A stretch of 64,000 bases of DNA, taken from positions 11,488 to 75,487 of the forward strand of contig CAYFSO010000001.1 in the NCBI GenBank assembly GCA_964345775.1, written 5' to 3'. How positions within the stretch are numbered: the stretch's first letter is position 1; every line of letters starts with the position of its first letter. This DNA comes from an uncultured Leptospiraceae bacterium. GTDB lineage: Bacteria > Spirochaetota > UBA4802 > UB4802. The translations under genes and the position numbers were made by a program. Positions 60,498 to 64,000 of this stretch are shown piece by piece. Under the pieces are notes generated by a model. It saw only the letters and a program-made list of their open reading frames with translations. It was not told where the DNA came from and did no database searches.

Positions 60498-61748
60498 ATG
60501 TTTGATTACATGATGACAGAAGAACAGCTGAAGCTCCGTGACGAGGCCAGGGACTTCACCAACTGGGTTCCGAAGGAAATGATCCTGGACATGGATGCCG
60601 AAAAGATACAGTTTCCGCAGGAATACCTGAAAGAGGCAGGCCGCAGGAACCTGCTGGGCATCAGGATCCCGAAAGAGTACGGGGGCCGCGGGCTCACATG
60701 GGTGGATGACACCATCGTTGCCGAAGAAGTTGGTGTTGCCAGCTACTCGCTTGCTTGTCTCTGGGGAGTTGGTGCAGATATCGTATGCGAAGCTGTGGCT
60801 TTATATGGCTCAGAGGAGCTGAAACAGGAGATAGTTGTGCCCCTGTTGAAAGGTGAAGCGTATGCCGCAGAATGCCTTACCGAACCGCGTGGAGGATCTG
60901 ACTTTTTTGGCGCGACCACCACCGCCCGCAAGGAAGGGGACGACTGGATAATCAACGGCCAGAAGCGGTTCATCGTGGGAGCCGAAGGTGCCGACTGGTT
61001 TATGGTATACGCGGTGACGAATCCTGACGCTGACAGGCCTCACGAGCGCATGTCCTGCTTCATGGTTCCCAGGGACGCCGGTGTTGAGTCAAAGTACATC
61101 TACGGTCTCATGGGTGTCCGCGGCGGTGGTGCAGGACGGGTCATCTTTGACGAGGTAAAGGTTCCCGAGCGGTACTGTCTCAACGGTATCAACAACGGGT
61201 TCGAGGTATTCATGACCAACATGGTACCCGAACGCCTTGGAACGGCAGCCATGACCCTGGGAGCTGTGCGTCCCGCCATCGAGATAGCCACCAGGTACAC
61301 GTCAAAGCGCAAGGCATTTGGCCAGCCAATCATGAATTTCCAGGCTGTTGGATTCAAGGTATCTGACAGCGTCATGATGCTTGACGCGGCACGGTCACTG
61401 GTCTATACCACCTGCCGCGCGGTAGATTCAGGAAAGGCGCATCCCGGCAGGATCAGAAGAATGGTTTCTGAGACCAAGAAGTTCGTGACCGACTCTGCAT
61501 GGGACATTGCCAACAACTGCATGCAGGTTATGGGCGGTATCGGGTATACCAGCGTGTACCCGCTTGAACGCATTGTTCGTGATATCAGGCTTTCACAGAT
61601 ATGGGTGGGTTCCAACGAGATCATGCAGCTGATCATCCAGGGCGAGTGGTACAAGGAATACGAGAAGGTATTGTCAAAACAGCCGGTTCGTGACGTTGAA
61701 AGCGACGCCCTGAACGCCCACGAAACCGAAGAAAAGGTGTACGAGTAA
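60498..61748 (+). CDS. Acyl-CoA dehydrogenase.
   Basis: A GGGGAGG RBS is present. ACAD motifs include CLTEPRGGSDF, and a C-terminal catalytic Glu lies in ...IWVGSNEIMQLII. Confidence 0.8.
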   Translation: MFDYMMTEEQLKLRDEARDFTNWVPKEMILDMDAEKIQFPQEYLKEAGRRNLLGIRIPKEYGGRGLTWVDDTIVAEEVGVASYSLACLWGVGADIVCEAVALYGSEELKQEIVVPLLKGEAYAAECLTEPRGGSDFFGATTTARKEGDDWIINGQKRFIVGAEGADWFMVYAVTNPDADRPHERMSCFMVPRDAGVESKYIYGLMGVRGGGAGRVIFDEVKVPERYCLNGINNGFEVFMTNMVPERLGTAAMTLGAVRPAIEIATRYTSKRKAFGQPIMNFQAVGFKVSDSVMMLDAARSLVYTTCRAVDSGKAHPGRIRRMVSETKKFVTDSAWDIANNCMQVMGGIGYTSVYPLERIVRDIRLSQIWVGSNEIMQLIIQGEWYKEYEKVLSKQPVRDVESDALNAHETEEKVYE

Positions 61749-61789
61749 GGGCACCTTTTTGGCCCCGTCAACCAGCCGCCTTCCAAGGG

Positions 61790-62000
61790 TTCCCTCGGCC
61801 TGGTATCCCGCGAACACCACGCTTGATTCACGGCGGTACGGGTTATTCTGCAGGTGAAACTTGATACGCCCGGCGGTACACATGCCGCTTGCTGATATGA
61901 TGATGGAGCTTTTCGCTTCCCTGTTCAGCCTTTTCGATTCGTCGGCGGTGCGCGTAAATTCAAGTTCCGGGAAATCCAGGGGGCTGTCCCCTGGAAGCAA
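61790..62000 (-). pseudogene. Internal fragment (remnant) of a beta-CASP family MBL-fold RNA-metabolising hydrolase.
   Basis: The translation ...ADESKRLNREAKSSIIISASGMCTAGRIKFHL...VVFAGYQAEGTLGRRLVDGAKKV matches the conserved C-terminal beta-CASP block (iisaSGM..GRi.hHL...vGYqa.gTlGrrl..Ga). The roughly 290-aa N-terminal region with the MBL HxHxDH motif is absent, and the space where it would sit is occupied by the LolD-like gene. The far C-terminus is also absent. Confidence 0.55.
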
Positions 62001-62120
62001 TATGCGGGCCGTCTCATCGTCGAAACAGCCCCGGTTCTGCCTGAATATCTCCGTGGCGGATATGGCAAGAGGTGAATCAATGTAAACCGGGATTCCTGGC
62101 CCCTCCCACGAATTCTATTT

Positions 62121-62831
62121 TCATGGCTGTTCTCCGCCTGTCATCAAGGTATCATCGATTATGGAACCATCCACCAGCGTGACCACCCTCTCGGTCCTTG
62201 CGGCAATGCTGCTGTCATGGGTGACTATGATGATGGTGGCATCCTTTTCCCTGCCAAGCTCAAGAAGGCGGCCGGTAAGCAGGTCAGAATTGGCGGTATC
62301 CAGGTTACCCGTGGGCTCGTCTGCCAGGACGATATCGGGGTTCCCCACCATGGCCCGGGCCACTGCGATCCGCTGGCATTCGCCGCCGGAGAGCTCGGCA
62401 GGCTTGTGGGTGGCCCTTTCTGAAAGACCGAAATGGTCAAGCAGGTGCATGGCATCTTCCCGTGCCTTCCGTTTGGGCCATCGGCGTATCAGCAGCGGCA
62501 TCATGATGTTCTCAAGGGCATTGAACTCGGGAAGAAGGTTATGCATCTGGAAGATAAACCCGATATGTTCATTCCTGAACCCGGACATGTCATCCACGGA
62601 AAAGGGAGGCACGTTGTGGGACAACACCGATACACTGCCATGCTGGTAGGTATCGAGACAGCCTATAATATTCAGAAGGGTTGACTTGCCCGCACCGGAT
62701 GGCCCCACGATGGTAACGGTCTCACCTTTTTGTATGGTAAGGGAAAGGTCCTGTATGACCGTTACCCTGCTCTCACCGTACCCGTAATGTTTTACCAGGT
62801 CCTGTATTTCTATTATCGTATCTTTTATCAT
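62121..62831 (-). CDS. ABC transporter ATP-binding protein, LolD/MacB-type.
   Basis: Walker A is GPSGAGKST, the signature is LSGGECQRIAVARAM, Walker B is VLADEPTGNLD, and the H-loop is VTHD. Confidence 0.85.
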   Translation of the reverse strand: MIKDTIIEIQDLVKHYGYGESRVTVIQDLSLTIQKGETVTIVGPSGAGKSTLLNIIGCLDTYQHGSVSVLSHNVPPFSVDDMSGFRNEHIGFIFQMHNLLPEFNALENIMMPLLIRRWPKRKAREDAMHLLDHFGLSERATHKPAELSGGECQRIAVARAMVGNPDIVLADEPTGNLDTANSDLLTGRLLELGREKDATIIIVTHDSSIAARTERVVTLVDGSIIDDTLMTGGEQP

Positions 62832-62849
62832 TAGCCTGTCCTGAAGGGT

Positions 62850-64000
62850 TTACTCGTACCTGATGGTTTCAACCGGGTGCAGCCTCGACGCATGCCATGA
62901 CGGGAAGATGGCTGCCACCGTGGCGATGAATACCGCGAATATGGCGATGAACACCACGAATTGCGGATCTATCTGCGCCGGTATGGTGTCTATATAATAT
63001 ACACTGCTGGGAACCAGTGAGAGGGGCTCGAACATTCCAAGATCTAAAAGCTCGTACACCAATCCCATCCCGTAATTGATAGTTCGTTCAATCCAGCGAA
63101 TAATGGCTTCAAGGTTGAGGGCGGTTGCAAGTCCAAAGACCACGCCCAGGAATGAACCGATTATCCCGATAAAGAATCCCTCCAGCACAAAGATAACCAT
63201 GATGGACAGCGGACGGGCACCCATGGCTTTCAGCACCCCGATGGCCTTTCGCTTTTCCATCACCACCATCACCAGCGTCCCCATTATGGTAAAGGCCGCG
63301 GAGATAATGACCAGGAAGAGGATGATGGTCATGATCAGTTTTTCAAGCTTCAATGCGTAGAAAAGGTTCTGGTTGCGCTGTTCGGCGGTCAATGTCTGGT
63401 ATTCCCAGCCAACGGCAGACTGTATTTTACGGGCAATGCTGTTCATGGCATAAATGTCTTTAATCTTTACACCGATACCCCAGACTATATCTCCAACATC
63501 GTAAAGACGCTGCGCCGCCGTAAGGGACATGATGATAAGCCTGGTATCAAAATCGTAATACCCGGTCTTAAAAAAGCCGATCACTTTATATCGCCCCATC
63601 CCCGGCTGCACCCCTTCCCTTGCGGTCAACCGTCCCTTGGGTACGATGAGCTCAATGTAATCACCAATGGATATATTGTAATTGAGGGCCATCTCTTCTC
63701 CCACGAAAATCCCACGCCGGTTGCCGAAATCCTTCTCTCCCTCGGTGAGAAAACTGGTCACGTCTTCAGGGATCTCTCCGTTCTCCAGTCCAACCCCGCG
63801 CAGCATTACGGGACTGATATAGCTTCTGAACCTGAACAGCCCCTGCCCCTGTATGAATGGCATGGTGCTTGTCACCCCGTCGATGTTGTTTATCTTCTCT
63901 ACTTTTTCACGGTAATCACGTATCCCTTCACCTTCGCTCACGCCGGTATAACGGCTGACGGTTATATGGGAATCCACGTCCAGTATCTTGTCACGTATCT
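62850..64000 (-). CDS. ABC transporter permease of the FtsX / LolC/E family. It is partial: its N-terminus lies beyond the window end.
   Basis: Large periplasmic domain followed by the C-terminal FtsX-type TM bundle (...LSIMVIFVLEGFFIGIIGSFLGVVFG...). It sits directly downstream of the LolD-like ATPase. Confidence 0.75.
   Translation of the reverse strand, partial: IRDKILDVDSHITVSRYTGVSEGEGIRDYREKVEKINNIDGVTSTMPFIQGQGLFRFRSYISPVMLRGVGLENGEIPEDVTSFLTEGEKDFGNRRGIFVGEEMALNYNISIGDYIELIVPKGRLTAREGVQPGMGRYKVIGFFKTGYYDFDTRLIIMSLTAAQRLYDVGDIVWGIGVKIKDIYAMNSIARKIQSAVGWEYQTLTAEQRNQNLFYALKLEKLIMTIILFLVIISAAFTIMGTLVMVVMEKRKAIGVLKAMGARPLSIMVIFVLEGFFIGIIGSFLGVVFGLATALNLEAIIRWIERTINYGMGLVYELLDLGMFEPLSLVPSSVYYIDTIPAQIDPQFVVFIAIFAVFIATVAAIFPSWHASRLHPVETIRYE

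Noticed and set aside
1-64000. Mobile genetic element content.
   Set aside because: No transposase, integrase, recombinase or phage structural gene was recognised in any frame. No long direct or inverted terminal repeats were seen. The only sign of rearrangement is the beta-CASP remnant at 61790..62000.

Overview
A 64 kb chromosomal segment from what looks like a Gram-negative anaerobe, roughly 47-48% GC and densely packed with genes. About 55 protein-coding genes are supported, plus three clear rho-independent terminators and a few candidate regulatory elements. No rRNA, tRNA, CRISPR array, transposase or prophage signal was seen. Working through the window from start to end: (i) a tandem pair of iron-containing alcohol dehydrogenase paralogs in which the first copy has lost its metal ligands, with a 181-aa unknown gene between them; (ii) a penicillin-acylase-family Ntn hydrolase; (iii) many signalling genes: two histidine kinases with an N-terminal receiver, an MCP, a REC-PAS-GGDEF-EAL protein, a stand-alone EAL protein, and a 915-aa kinase-receiver-PP2C fusion next to two STAS antagonists; (iv) an Mla-like operon (MlaE, MlaF-like, MlaD, GT2) whose ATPase has every catalytic motif degenerate; (v) an rnfCDGEA operon with no rnfB, led by a 92-aa CxxCxxC protein and followed by thyX; (vi) a fusion of an acetyl-CoA hydrolase/transferase domain to a GNAT acetyltransferase; (vii) a beta-oxidation operon of the MFE-2 type (MaoC hydratase, SDR, HMG-CoA-synthase-like/DUF35 fusion, SCPx-type thiolase) preceded by an 18-bp perfect palindrome; (viii) a DtxR-FeoA fusion regulator coupled to feoB, then a methyltransferase-like gene and a Zn-ribbon NUDIX gene; (ix) EF-G, a TPR protein, two acyl-CoA dehydrogenases with an XRE regulator, a remnant of a beta-CASP MBL-fold hydrolase, and a LolD/LolCE-like ABC transporter at the 3' edge. 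Every call rests on motifs read directly from the translations; no database searches were run.
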